Of a DNA stretch of 20,000 bases, positions 1 to 9,300 are shown in pieces; positions within the stretch are counted from its first letter, which is position 1; each line of letters starts with the position of its first letter. The position numbers were made by a program, and so were the translations under genes. The DNA is from an uncultured virus (IMG/VR IMGVR_UViG_3300028833_000147). Lineage: Duplodnaviria; Heunggongvirae; Uroviricota; Caudoviricetes. The notes beneath the pieces are model-generated. The model saw nothing but the letters and a program-made list of their open reading frames with translations. It had not been told where the DNA came from and did no database searches. The stretch is taken from IMG/VR virus record IMGVR_UViG_3300028833_000147; one strand, written 5' to 3'.

Positions 1-7
1 CAAATAC

Positions 8-307
8 ATGAATGACAACTATGTGCTTGGTTCACCTGGTGACACATTTGTAAGCACAATATGGTATGACAAACACTATACTGCATTGGACCCGAGTACT
101 CCTGTGATATTTGATACTGACGTTTATTATACCGGAGAGTTAAATTTGATCAAAGACGGTGAAACATATGACACCGCATTCGAGAAAGTTAACGAAGCAA
201 TAGAGCATGTTGAACGGTTGGAGAAAAATGTCCAATTCTTGCATGATAACAAAGTTGATGTTCGTGAAACATCTGACCCTGAACGTATAGAGTTTTATTA
301 TTCATAA
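8..307 (+). CDS. Phage structural/fibre-associated hypothetical protein, possibly 5'-truncated
   Basis: 99-aa ORF whose frame is open to the window edge (aaa tac atg). It has a short helical segment (IKDGETYDTAFEKVNEAIEHV) and a C-terminal SDPERIEFYYS motif that resembles the end of the 790-aa fibre. It lies directly upstream of the fibre genes. Confidence 0.55.
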   Translation: MNDNYVLGSPGDTFVSTIWYDKHYTALDPSTPVIFDTDVYYTGELNLIKDGETYDTAFEKVNEAIEHVERLEKNVQFLHDNKVDVRETSDPERIEFYYS

Positions 308-321
308 ATGAAAGGTAGGTA

Positions 322-1557
322 ATGAATATGCCAAATCCATTAATATCGCAAGTTACGTTACCCAACGGAACGACGTATGATATAAAAGACGGTTGGTCTA
401 GAGATCAAATAGCCGCTATATATGAACTCATTGAAGGCGGAGTAAACTTCATTGGTGTTGTTGCCGATGCACCGGCACATCAGATCACTGATGGAGATAC
501 AACAAACCCGATTACTGTTAAAGACGGTGCGTCAACAAAGAGTGTTACTGCAACAGCCGGTGACATTGTTATCCAGGGTACTACCGAATTTATCTTTGAT
601 GGAGCCGCATGGCGTGAGTTCGGTGATATCACAGGACTTGGTGATCTTGCATTTGCTGACACTGCTTCTGGTCCGTTTACACCCGCTGGTACTGTGTCCA
701 AACCAACATTCACAGGTTCACAATCAACTGTTACTATCACAGCAGCAGATAACACTTCTGGAAACTATCAACCGAAGGGTACAGTTTCACAACCAACATT
801 CTCAGGTACTAAGGTTAAAATATCTGGTACAGTTACACCAACTGGTTCTGTTTCAGGTTCATTTACGGGCACAGGTGTTAGACTCGTCACAAGCAATATC
901 TCCGTACCAACATCTGCACAAACAACAACAGCCTCTACTGAAAACAAAACAACCACTGTATCACAAGCCGCTTCTGGTGAAGCTACTTATACTCCATCTG
1001 GTCAAATAAGTGGTACTGCTGTCGAATTGAACACAACAACTGTCAATAGTATAACCGAAATTGGTACACCACCGTCATGGACAGCGACAGTTCCTTCTGG
1101 TACGGAGAATCTTACATTCGCATGGAGTGCAGGAACGCCCCCCAAAAAAGGTGAAGCACAAACAGTTGCCACATCTGTTAAGCGTGTAACTGACCCAACA
1201 TTCGCCGGTGATGGTGCTCGTCTTGTTACAGGTGATATCGCAGTACCAAAGACATATACTACTACATTTACCAATACAAATAAGACAGCAACAGTATCTG
1301 CGGCTTCCTCTGGAGAAGCAACGTACACACCTGCTGGATCTGTCAGTGGAACGTTCACTGGCGAATCAGACACAGTTGTAATCACCGTTGCTGCTGATGC
1401 TAACGGAAACTACACCCCTGCTGGTACAGTTTCACAACCAACATTCTCTGGTACAAAAGTTCAGCTTTCTGGTACAACTACTGCATCAGGTTCTGTATCT
1501 CAGCCAACCTTTACTGGTACGGCAGGAACAGTTACTGTTACACCGGATACTCCTTAA
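322..1557 (+). CDS. Ser/Thr/Gly-rich phage tail fibre/needle-like protein with PxGTVSQPTFxG repeats
   Basis: 411-aa ORF with RBS aaaggtaggt (start may be ATG 328). The N-terminus ISQVTLPNGTTYDIKD is shared with the next gene, and the body consists of beta-strand-like internal repeats. Confidence 0.7.
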   Translation: MNMPNPLISQVTLPNGTTYDIKDGWSRDQIAAIYELIEGGVNFIGVVADAPAHQITDGDTTNPITVKDGASTKSVTATAGDIVIQGTTEFIFDGAAWREFGDITGLGDLAFADTASGPFTPAGTVSKPTFTGSQSTVTITAADNTSGNYQPKGTVSQPTFSGTKVKISGTVTPTGSVSGSFTGTGVRLVTSNISVPTSAQTTTASTENKTTTVSQAASGEATYTPSGQISGTAVELNTTTVNSITEIGTPPSWTATVPSGTENLTFAWSAGTPPKKGEAQTVATSVKRVTDPTFAGDGARLVTGDIAVPKTYTTTFTNTNKTATVSAASSGEATYTPAGSVSGTFTGESDTVVITVAADANGNYTPAGTVSQPTFSGTKVQLSGTTTASGSVSQPTFTGTAGTVTVTPDTP

Positions 1558-1574
1558 CGCAATATGTATTGAAT

Positions 1575-1605
1575 TATGTGGGGCTTTACGCCCCACATAT
1601 TCCTT
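1575..1605 (+). terminator. Stem-loop after the 411-aa gene (terminator-like or processing/stabilising hairpin)
   Basis: Perfect 10-bp stem tatgtggggc/gccccacata with loop tttac. The following U-tract (ttcctt) is weak. Confidence 0.55.
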
Positions 1606-1671
1606 ACTATTATTCGCATGAGTCAAACGTTCATGTAAGCTTTCCTATAACATAAGAAAGGAGTTTTAACA

Positions 1672-4044
1672 ATGGCAAATTATATTTCTCAGGTAACATT
1701 ACCATCCGGAGCGGAATATAATGTTAGAGAATTATTTCCCCATGTTGGTAATTGTACTGATGCTGCTGCGACCGCAGCAAAGGCAGTTACTATAGGGAAT
1801 TTTAAATTATACACTGGCGCATGGGTTGTTGTCAAGTTTTCTTATACCAATTCTGCTGCGGTTGCATCATTGACATTGAACGTTGATGGAACTGGTGCTA
1901 AACCAATTAAATATAGAAATGCGAATCTTGGTTCGGCTGGACAATTAATAGCAAATAGATACACTTATTTCATATATGATGGAACGAACTATCAAATCGT
2001 CGGTGATTTCGATACGAACAATTATGATCGTACATCTCAACAGACGAGAATATATGCTGGTACAGTTGGTGTATTCAATTATTCACTGTGTGCACTTGAC
2101 AACAATCAGAGGATGCAATCGTTTACAACAACCTCGGGAACAGGTACATCTAAGGCTTTCAATACATCTGCAAAATTCATGTATCCTGCCGTGATAATGT
2201 ACAACTCTTCAAACTCGACATATGCAAATGGAACTGCAATAACAAACAATGTTTTGTATGAACAGTATCCAAGTTTAGATCTACGATATAGCTGTAACAA
2301 AACGACATCCGCTGGATTTACACAGTATAAACCGGTGTATCTCGAATGTACACTTAATTCTGATGACACATTATCAATTACCACGGATGGTTTGACACAA
2401 ACATTTGTATCAGGTAAATATTATCTGTTACTTGGCTGCATGTACAATACAAGTGTATATCAGTTGGCTCTATTTGCACAACATCCATTGTTTTATTATG
2501 ACGGAACGAATCTATGTGGTGTAAAGGGTGCCAAAGGCGATAAAGGAGATAAAGGTGATAAGGGCGACAAAGGCGAACAAGGTGATCCTGGAACGAATGC
2601 TACGATAACCGGTGCAACTGCTACTATTGATGCAAACACTGGTACACCAAGTGTCACTGTTACTGCTGGAGGAACAGCATCCGCTCGTTCATTCGCGTTT
2701 GCATTCAAAAACCTCAAAGGTGCCAAAGGAGATAAAGGAGATAAGGGTGACCAAGGTGATCCAGGTCTTTTGGATCATAAGACAGTTACCTCCTCAACAC
2801 TTGATTCAACTGCCGGAGATTTCGCATTCTCTGGTTCAAATGAGCCTTGGAGCGGAACCGATTGGGTTGGTCTTCAGATAGGTGATAGTAAGGATAAATT
2901 CCAACTTACTATGAATTCCGGCAATCTATTGGTAAGGCAAAACGACTCTGGTGGAACTAGTACGGCAGACTGGACCGATTGGAAAACACTTGTACCAGTA
3001 GAGGGTTCATCTGCAAATGGAAAAATCAAAATAAACGGTATTGATACAAATGTTTACACACATCCAACATATACATCAAAAACATCAGGGTTGTACAAAA
3101 TAACAGTTGATTCAACGGGTCACGTTTCTGGAACTGAAAGTGTATCTGCAAGTGATATACCTGCTTTGAATTATGTTCCAAATACTCAAGCTGGTGTAAA
3201 TGCAGCAATTAACCTTCTGGGTACAGGATCCACAACACCAACCGATGCAGATTATTATATATCTCAATATGTCGGTGGTGGTACAACTACAACAACATAT
3301 CATAGAAGACCAATGTCTGCATTGTGGTCATATGTTAAAGGTAAAGCAGATTCTGTATACTCACCAATTGGGCATACCCATCCATTATCTATTGCAACTG
3401 ATAGTGGAACTAATCAACTTGCTCTTTCAGCGAGTACAAAATACAAGTTGACTGCAGGTGGTAGCACATTTGTATTTACAACCCCTGCTGATAATGATAC
3501 AAAGGTTACATCATCCGCAAATCATTACACACCATCTACCGAATCTGGAAGTGATAAATCCGCGAGTGCTTCCGGTGCAACTGCATCATGGGGTATAGAT
3601 GTTGTCAAGGGTGTAACATTGAATACAGATGGAAAAGGACATGTTACTGGCATGAGTGTCATAAGTGGAAAAATTCCAGCAAATCCAGTTCCATCAAATA
3701 ATGTAACTGGTAGTGGTACCTCGGGTTATCTTACAAAATGGAATGGTACGAATACGATCACGAATGGCCCTCAACTTGGTTCATCCACTACCACATATCT
3801 TAATAACGCTGGAAACTGGGCAACACCTCCAGATACAAAGAATACCGCGGGCTCAACAGATACATCTTCAAAAATATATTTGATAGGTGCAACATCACAG
3901 GCTACAAACCCGCAAACATATTCGGATAACGAAGTATATACAACCAGTGGTGTTCTTACAACAAAGAAGGTCCAAGTCGGTGGCGGGTCTTGTACAATGG
4001 AATACAATTCCACGACAGAAACATTAGATTTCGTATTCACATAA
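1672..4044 (+). CDS. Phage tail fibre protein with collagen-like repeats and a knob-like domain
   Basis: 790 aa with RBS agaaaggag. It carries an N-terminal fibre domain ([13 protein letters not shown]...FIYDGTNY), two Gly-X-Y runs, a knob-like module ending [21 protein letters not shown] shaft motifs and an HTH (HxH) motif. Confidence 0.85.
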   Translation: MANYISQVTLPSGAEYNVRELFPHVGNCTDAAATAAKAVTIGNFKLYTGAWVVVKFSYTNSAAVASLTLNVDGTGAKPIKYRNANLGSAGQLIANRYTYFIYDGTNYQIVGDFDTNNYDRTSQQTRIYAGTVGVFNYSLCALDNNQRMQSFTTTSGTGTSKAFNTSAKFMYPAVIMYNSSNSTYANGTAITNNVLYEQYPSLDLRYSCNKTTSAGFTQYKPVYLECTLNSDDTLSITTDGLTQTFVSGKYYLLLGCMYNTSVYQLALFAQHPLFYYDGTNLCGVKGAKGDKGDKGDKGDKGEQGDPGTNATITGATATIDANTGTPSVTVTAGGTASARSFAFAFKNLKGAKGDKGDKGDQGDPGLLDHKTVTSSTLDSTAGDFAFSGSNEPWSGTDWVGLQIGDSKDKFQLTMNSGNLLVRQNDSGGTSTADWTDWKTLVPVEGSSANGKIKINGIDTNVYTHPTYTSKTSGLYKITVDSTGHVSGTESVSASDIPALNYVPNTQAGVNAAINLLGTGSTTPTDADYYISQYVGGGTTTTTYHRRPMSALWSYVKGKADSVYSPIGHTHPLSIATDSGTNQLALSASTKYKLTAGGSTFVFTTPADNDTKVTSSANHYTPSTESGSDKSASASGATASWGIDVVKGVTLNTDGKGHVTGMSVISGKIPANPVPSNNVTGSGTSGYLTKWNGTNTITNGPQLGSSTTTYLNNAGNWATPPDTKNTAGSTDTSSKIYLIGATSQATNPQTYSDNEVYTTSGVLTTKKVQVGGGSCTMEYNSTTETLDFVFT
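2518..2772 (+). repeat. Two collagen-like (Gly-X-Y) tracts flanking a 40-aa spacer module
   Basis: Nine triplets at 2518-2598 (GVK GAK GDKx4 GEQ GDP GTN) and six at 2719-2772 ([18 protein letters not shown]), with 9-bp ggNgataaR periodicity. Confidence 0.9.
2776..2991 (+). repeat. Knob-like domain repeat, copy 1 (other copies 7403-7609 and 8387-8602)
   Basis: 72 aa colinear with 8387-8602, 54/72 identical by hand count. Confidence 0.9.
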
Positions 4045-4061
4045 GAAATGGAAGTGATTGA

Positions 4062-6122
4062 ATGAGTCTTCAGATATGGTTACCATTAACAGAGAATGCT
4101 TTGAATTACGGAGTTCATCCAAGCAATATCACCGTATCAAATGCAACTTTAAATTCAAATGGTAAACTTGGAGGATGTTATTCTTTCAATGGATCATCTT
4201 CTCACATATATGGAACACAAACTGTTATCAGCAATGATACGAATAATTGGACATTTACATGTTGGATGAAACTGAATGTGGTGAATAAAACTCAAACATT
4301 GTTTTCATGTAGAAATTCAGTAAATTCATATGGAATAACGATATTTTTCAATGGCAGTTATTGGTTAATCGATGACGGGGTTCGATGGCAACGAACAAAT
4401 TCCGTCGTATCAGCAAATACATGGTATCACATATGTATTGTTCGCAAAAAAGGTATAGGTAAATATTTATATATTGATGGTACTCTTGTAAGTTCCACAA
4501 CAACAGTTGGTACACAGAGTAATGTGAATACTACCAATTTTGTAATCGGGCTTTGTCACCAATCAGTTTCATCGTATAGTGACAATCCTCTCAATGGATA
4601 TCTGAATGATGTTCGTTTTTATGATCATGCATTATCCGAGGTGGAAATAAAAGAACTTGCCAAGGGATTAGTTTGTCACTATAAATTGGATGATGTTCAA
4701 TCATCGGATAATCTTATTATAAATGGCTTCGGTGAACTTGGTTCTGAAAATTGGAACGATAGTTCAAAAATTTCAACTACTGAAATACCTTCGGGATATC
4801 CGGAAATAAAGGCTAGTGCTTACGGTGGTAATATGACAAAAGAATATATACCGATATCACAAAACCATACATATACAATCAGTGGTTATGTAAAAGCCAT
4901 GGCCAATCAATCAGGAAATAAGTATCCATCTATATTTCCATACGATGTTGATAAGAAATTCATCGACTATCACAAAAGTCAAGCTGGTTTTAATACAGCA
5001 ACAGCAACTACATTGAGACAACCCCTCCACAAAGGTGACAAAATTATCTATGCAACAGATTTGAGCAGTTGGAGTACATCTTCGACCAACTATTATTTTT
5101 ATGCCGCCATATTTGGTTATAAAAATTCCTATGGTGAAGTTTATCCAGATTTCTTTTATACTCAAGACGCACCACAATTTGGAACATACAGTGATAAGAG
5201 TCATATAGATAAGACTAATAACACCATAACTTTGAATTCAGCTTTTACTGGTGAAGATAGACCTGCTGGCACAACAATATGTCAATCGACTCAAGGAGCA
5301 ACATATTTCTATCCGTGGAATGCAATACCAGTTACAACAATAACTGATTGGGTATTTAAGTCTGCTAGCTTTAAACCATCTTCATTAGCAAGATTGCGAG
5401 CTGCCAAATATGTTAGATGGAATACTTATAATGGTTTGTATATAGCTGGAAGTAAGTTAGTTGATAACTTCTTTAACGATGACAGAATTATCGATAGTAG
5501 TGGTTATGGAAATCACGGAATCAAAAATGGAAATGTAACAATGTCATCGGATACGAGTCGTCATAGTGCGTCAACCATGTTTGACGGTTCAACTGCTTAT
5601 ATCGAAGCCCCCAGTTTACCATCGGAAACAAAAACAATCAGCGTATGGGTTAAAACAGCATGGGTTACTCCTCCCTCGTCAGCGTACAAACATATTATGC
5701 TCGATAAACAAAGTGGCTTATCCCTTGGATGGGGAGCAGCAAATGGTAACTTTATAACATACGTCGGTTCTACTGCTGGTGGAACTGGTTCATGTGTAGA
5801 TATAAGAACAACAACATATTCTGCAAATCAATGGAATCATATTGTCGTCGTCAAAACAGGAGATACAACTCGTGACGTGTATGTGAATGGAGTCAAAGCG
5901 ACACCTTCAACAAACAACTACTGGAGTGGTGATCAGAATACTTTAAATATTGGCTGTCGCCATTCAGGTGGTGTATATAAAGACTATTTTGATGGGCGTA
6001 TTGCCGATTTTCGCGCATATGTAACAGCTTTATCGGCAGATGATGTTAAACGATTATATGAAGTATCCGCCAGTGTATCCAAGAACGGTTCCATGTTAGG
6101 ATATGAAATGAAGGAGGGTTAA
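4062..6122 (+). CDS. Virion lectin-like protein: two LamG/concanavalin A-like domains with an inserted carbohydrate-binding-like domain
   Basis: LamG motifs occur twice: YSFNGSSSHI/WTFTCWMK/NTWYHICIV/LYIDG/LNGYLNDVRFYDHALS and DSSGYGNHG/FDGSTAYI/TISVWVK/NQWNHIVVV/VYVNG/FDGRIADFRAYVTALS. Confidence 0.88.
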   Translation: MSLQIWLPLTENALNYGVHPSNITVSNATLNSNGKLGGCYSFNGSSSHIYGTQTVISNDTNNWTFTCWMKLNVVNKTQTLFSCRNSVNSYGITIFFNGSYWLIDDGVRWQRTNSVVSANTWYHICIVRKKGIGKYLYIDGTLVSSTTTVGTQSNVNTTNFVIGLCHQSVSSYSDNPLNGYLNDVRFYDHALSEVEIKELAKGLVCHYKLDDVQSSDNLIINGFGELGSENWNDSSKISTTEIPSGYPEIKASAYGGNMTKEYIPISQNHTYTISGYVKAMANQSGNKYPSIFPYDVDKKFIDYHKSQAGFNTATATTLRQPLHKGDKIIYATDLSSWSTSSTNYYFYAAIFGYKNSYGEVYPDFFYTQDAPQFGTYSDKSHIDKTNNTITLNSAFTGEDRPAGTTICQSTQGATYFYPWNAIPVTTITDWVFKSASFKPSSLARLRAAKYVRWNTYNGLYIAGSKLVDNFFNDDRIIDSSGYGNHGIKNGNVTMSSDTSRHSASTMFDGSTAYIEAPSLPSETKTISVWVKTAWVTPPSSAYKHIMLDKQSGLSLGWGAANGNFITYVGSTAGGTGSCVDIRTTTYSANQWNHIVVVKTGDTTRDVYVNGVKATPSTNNYWSGDQNTLNIGCRHSGGVYKDYFDGRIADFRAYVTALSADDVKRLYEVSASVSKNGSMLGYEMKEG

Positions 6123-6123
6123 T

Positions 6124-6333
6124 ATGGCAAATATTTCTAAGCAGGGTATTGTCACAGCTACAGGAATAACAAATCAAACTCTTGTAGACATATATGACAC
6201 AGAACATGATTTATCCCCCAATCAACCTGAATCACAAAATGAAGATACTAGGTCAAATATGTTTGAGATAAATGACATATGTAAAATACATAAAAAAGGT
6301 AACATACAATCGTATGCATTTATAGAAATATGA
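6124..6333 (+). CDS. Small hypothetical virion-associated protein
   Basis: 69 aa with its own RBS (aaggaggg) inside the end of the LamG gene. Both termini resemble the LamG protein's C-terminal motif. Confidence 0.7.
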   Translation: MANISKQGIVTATGITNQTLVDIYDTEHDLSPNQPESQNEDTRSNMFEINDICKIHKKGNIQSYAFIEI

Positions 6334-6349
6334 GAGGAGTCTTTAAAAC

Positions 6350-9300
6350 ATGGCACAATTAAAAGATAGCATTGTATCAGGAAATCTTAGGGTAACCGAT
6401 ACCACTTTGACCGATACATTGCAAACGACAACAATATGGGCTCCATCAACATCCGGTGGGACCACATATGGTCCTGGTACAAATGGTCAGGTTTTAAAAA
6501 GTAATGGTACCACGACATATTGGGCATCTGATTCCAACACGGATGAAAAAGTCAAATCAACAAAACTTGCCCAATCAACTGCCGCAGCAACATATTATCC
6601 AACACTGATGACTGGTGCTGCAACTGCAGGTGTTGACATATTCGAATCAATGAAATTTTTACATACACCCGGTACAACTTCGGCCGTGGGAAATTCTAGA
6701 TTAGTATTAGGAAATGCAACTGCATCGGGTACAGCCAACAATGAGGAAGGACTCGTACGACTGTATTCTCCTGGCACTGCGTATCATACTATAAAAGGTG
6801 CTTCTACATCGTCTAATGTTGATCATACATTACCAGCTACAAGTGGTACGGTATTGAATACTGGTACAACATCTGTTACTGCAGTATATGGATCAACAGG
6901 AACTCATATTGCAACTGTTAAAGTGAATGGTAGTGATACGAAAATCTATGCTCCCACACCTCAAACGCCAACAACATACTCGGCTGGTACGGGTTTGTCA
7001 TTATCTGGTACAACTTTTAACCATTCAAACAGTGTTACTGCAGGAACTGCCAAAGGTGATGATTCAAAAACATTGACGTTTGGTGGTACTTTTACAATAC
7101 CATCGGTAACATATGATGCACAAGGTCATATAACTGCAAAAGGAACAACAACGATGACAATGCCTTCGAATCCGAATACTGATACGAAGGTAAATGTCAC
7201 ACTTGGAAAAACAACCATAGCGTATTTGTTAGGAACAACAACTACACCGACAAACACGGCTCAAGCCGTAACAAGTATTGCGGACACTGGTGTATATCTC
7301 GGTACTACAGCGGGTTCATTATATGCAACATCATTCTATGAGAATGGTACTGCTTTGTCGTCTAAGTATGCTGCAGCATCTCATTCACATGATAATTTAA
7401 CATCGAAAACACTAACAGCATCAACATTTGATTCCACAAGTGGAAACTTCTTTTTCAAAGGTGGTTCATTGTTTGGTGGAACAGATAATGCTGACTGGGT
7501 TGGTATACAATCGGATGCTTCCAACGATAAGTTTCAACTCGTTGCTGGTGGTGGAAATGGTGTATTTTTCCGCGAAAGTGATGACACATGGGGTCAATGG
7601 CATTCTTTGTTAACTAATAATATGATTACCGGATCATCGGGTATAACAGTAACACCAAAAACAATAACGATTGGTGGTGATGATGGTACAACCATCAACG
7701 CCGGACTTGGTATATCTCATTCAAATTCTGTTACTGCTGTAACATCTAATGCATTTAAGAAAGTAGCATATGATGCAAATGGCCATATTACAGGATCATC
7801 AGATGTTGCTAAGTCGGATATCACTGCATTGGGTATACCGGGACAAGACACAAAGTATGGTCTATCTGGCGCATACGGTTCCAATAGTAATACATGGGTT
7901 ACAACATTGACGGCCGGTGGAAGTGGAACCACATCAACAGTTCCAACAGCATCCACAAGTGTGTATGGTATCACAAAACTATACAACGGCGTTGATTCAA
8001 CATCAACCGGATTAGCGGCAACTGCAAATGCAGTTAAGACTGCATATGATAAAGGAAATCATTCTCATCCATATCTACCATTATCAGGTGGAACGTTAAC
8101 TGGTACGGTTACATTGGGATCCACGACATCTTCAATTAACGCATTCAAACAGCCTACCCGTAATGAATCAAACTATGCAAGATTTGCAATATGGTCATAT
8201 GGTGATACCTGGGGAACATATGGTGCCGAGATCGGTTATTGGAATCAGTATAATGGTACAACTCCTGGTACAAAGGGATCTATTACAATACTTCCATATC
8301 AAACTACATCTAATCCATGGGACGGACAAGTCGGTCTACACATAACAAAAGATCATGGATATATAGATGGCAATGAGATTCTGGTGCATAAAGATGTCAC
8401 ATCATCCACATTGAATAGTTCATCAGGAAGTTTCTCATTCTCCGGCTCAGGTGATCCTTGGGGTAGTTCAGACTGGGTTGGTCTTCAGATAGGTGATAAT
8501 GTTGATAAATTCCAATTAACTATGAATTCCGGTAATCTGCTGGTAAGGCAAAACGATAACGGTGGAACCTCATCAACCGGTTGGACTGAGTGGAAAACTT
8601 TGTCAGATACAACTCATACTCATAGTGAATATGTGCCATTCTCCGGTGGTACAATGGACAACAATGTGTCTCTTTCATTCCCTAAAGCAGATGCTGACGG
8701 TAGGTACACATCAATTAATACGAATGGTATCGATTGTCACGGCTCACCTTCTTTAGGATGGGCGATGGGTCTTCGATATTACGTTGGTGAGACATCACAA
8801 AATATGGATTTTGGTGGATATGGTTCTGGTGGAGAACTTAAGCATCTTTATATTGGTACATGGGATGATCCGATAGTTAAAATAACCCCTGATAAGGTTT
8901 CCGAATTCTCCGGAAATGTTATACTACATTCAGCATCTGGAAACTCACCATCACTTACATTCCAACATGGCACAACAATTGATTCGTTATTGGATTGGCG
9001 AATGATGGCCGTTGGTAGTGATTTGAAACTGTATTCATCAACATCAGGATCTACTGAATCATGGAGTAACATATTGACATTTGGTGGCGGTGGTATCACA
9101 ATCAACAAAAAAATTGGTGGTTTATGGGTTACTGATTACAAAGGTACATCATATCCAATGATGCGTGATAATGGAGAAAACTTGTGGATTGGAACCATGT
9201 CCACAACATCATATCATCATAACGGTGGAACATATATTTCTACCGGATGGGATCATTACGGTTCTTTACCAACTACAGCCAATGAAACTTTGCATGGTAA

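Noticed and set aside
1606..1660. Late promoter or second hairpin (catga...tcatg at 1617-1635)
   Set aside because: The stem is only 5 bp and there is no convincing sigma-A or known phage promoter consensus; unsupported without more examples.
2518..2772. CRISPR-like or non-coding tandem repeat
   Set aside because: The 9-bp periodicity is in-frame collagen Gly-X-Y coding with no unique spacers.
6100..6130. Programmed frameshift or broken gene joining the LamG ORF to the 69-aa ORF
   Set aside because: The small ORF has its own well-spaced RBS (aaggaggg) and ATG, and no slippery heptamer is evident.
2863..8557. Diversity-generating retroelement TR/VR pair (repeat between fibre genes)
   Set aside because: Mismatches are not adenine-specific (e.g. 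ggc/ggt, ttg/ctg, gac/gat), both copies are internal coding sequence, and no reverse transcriptase is visible.
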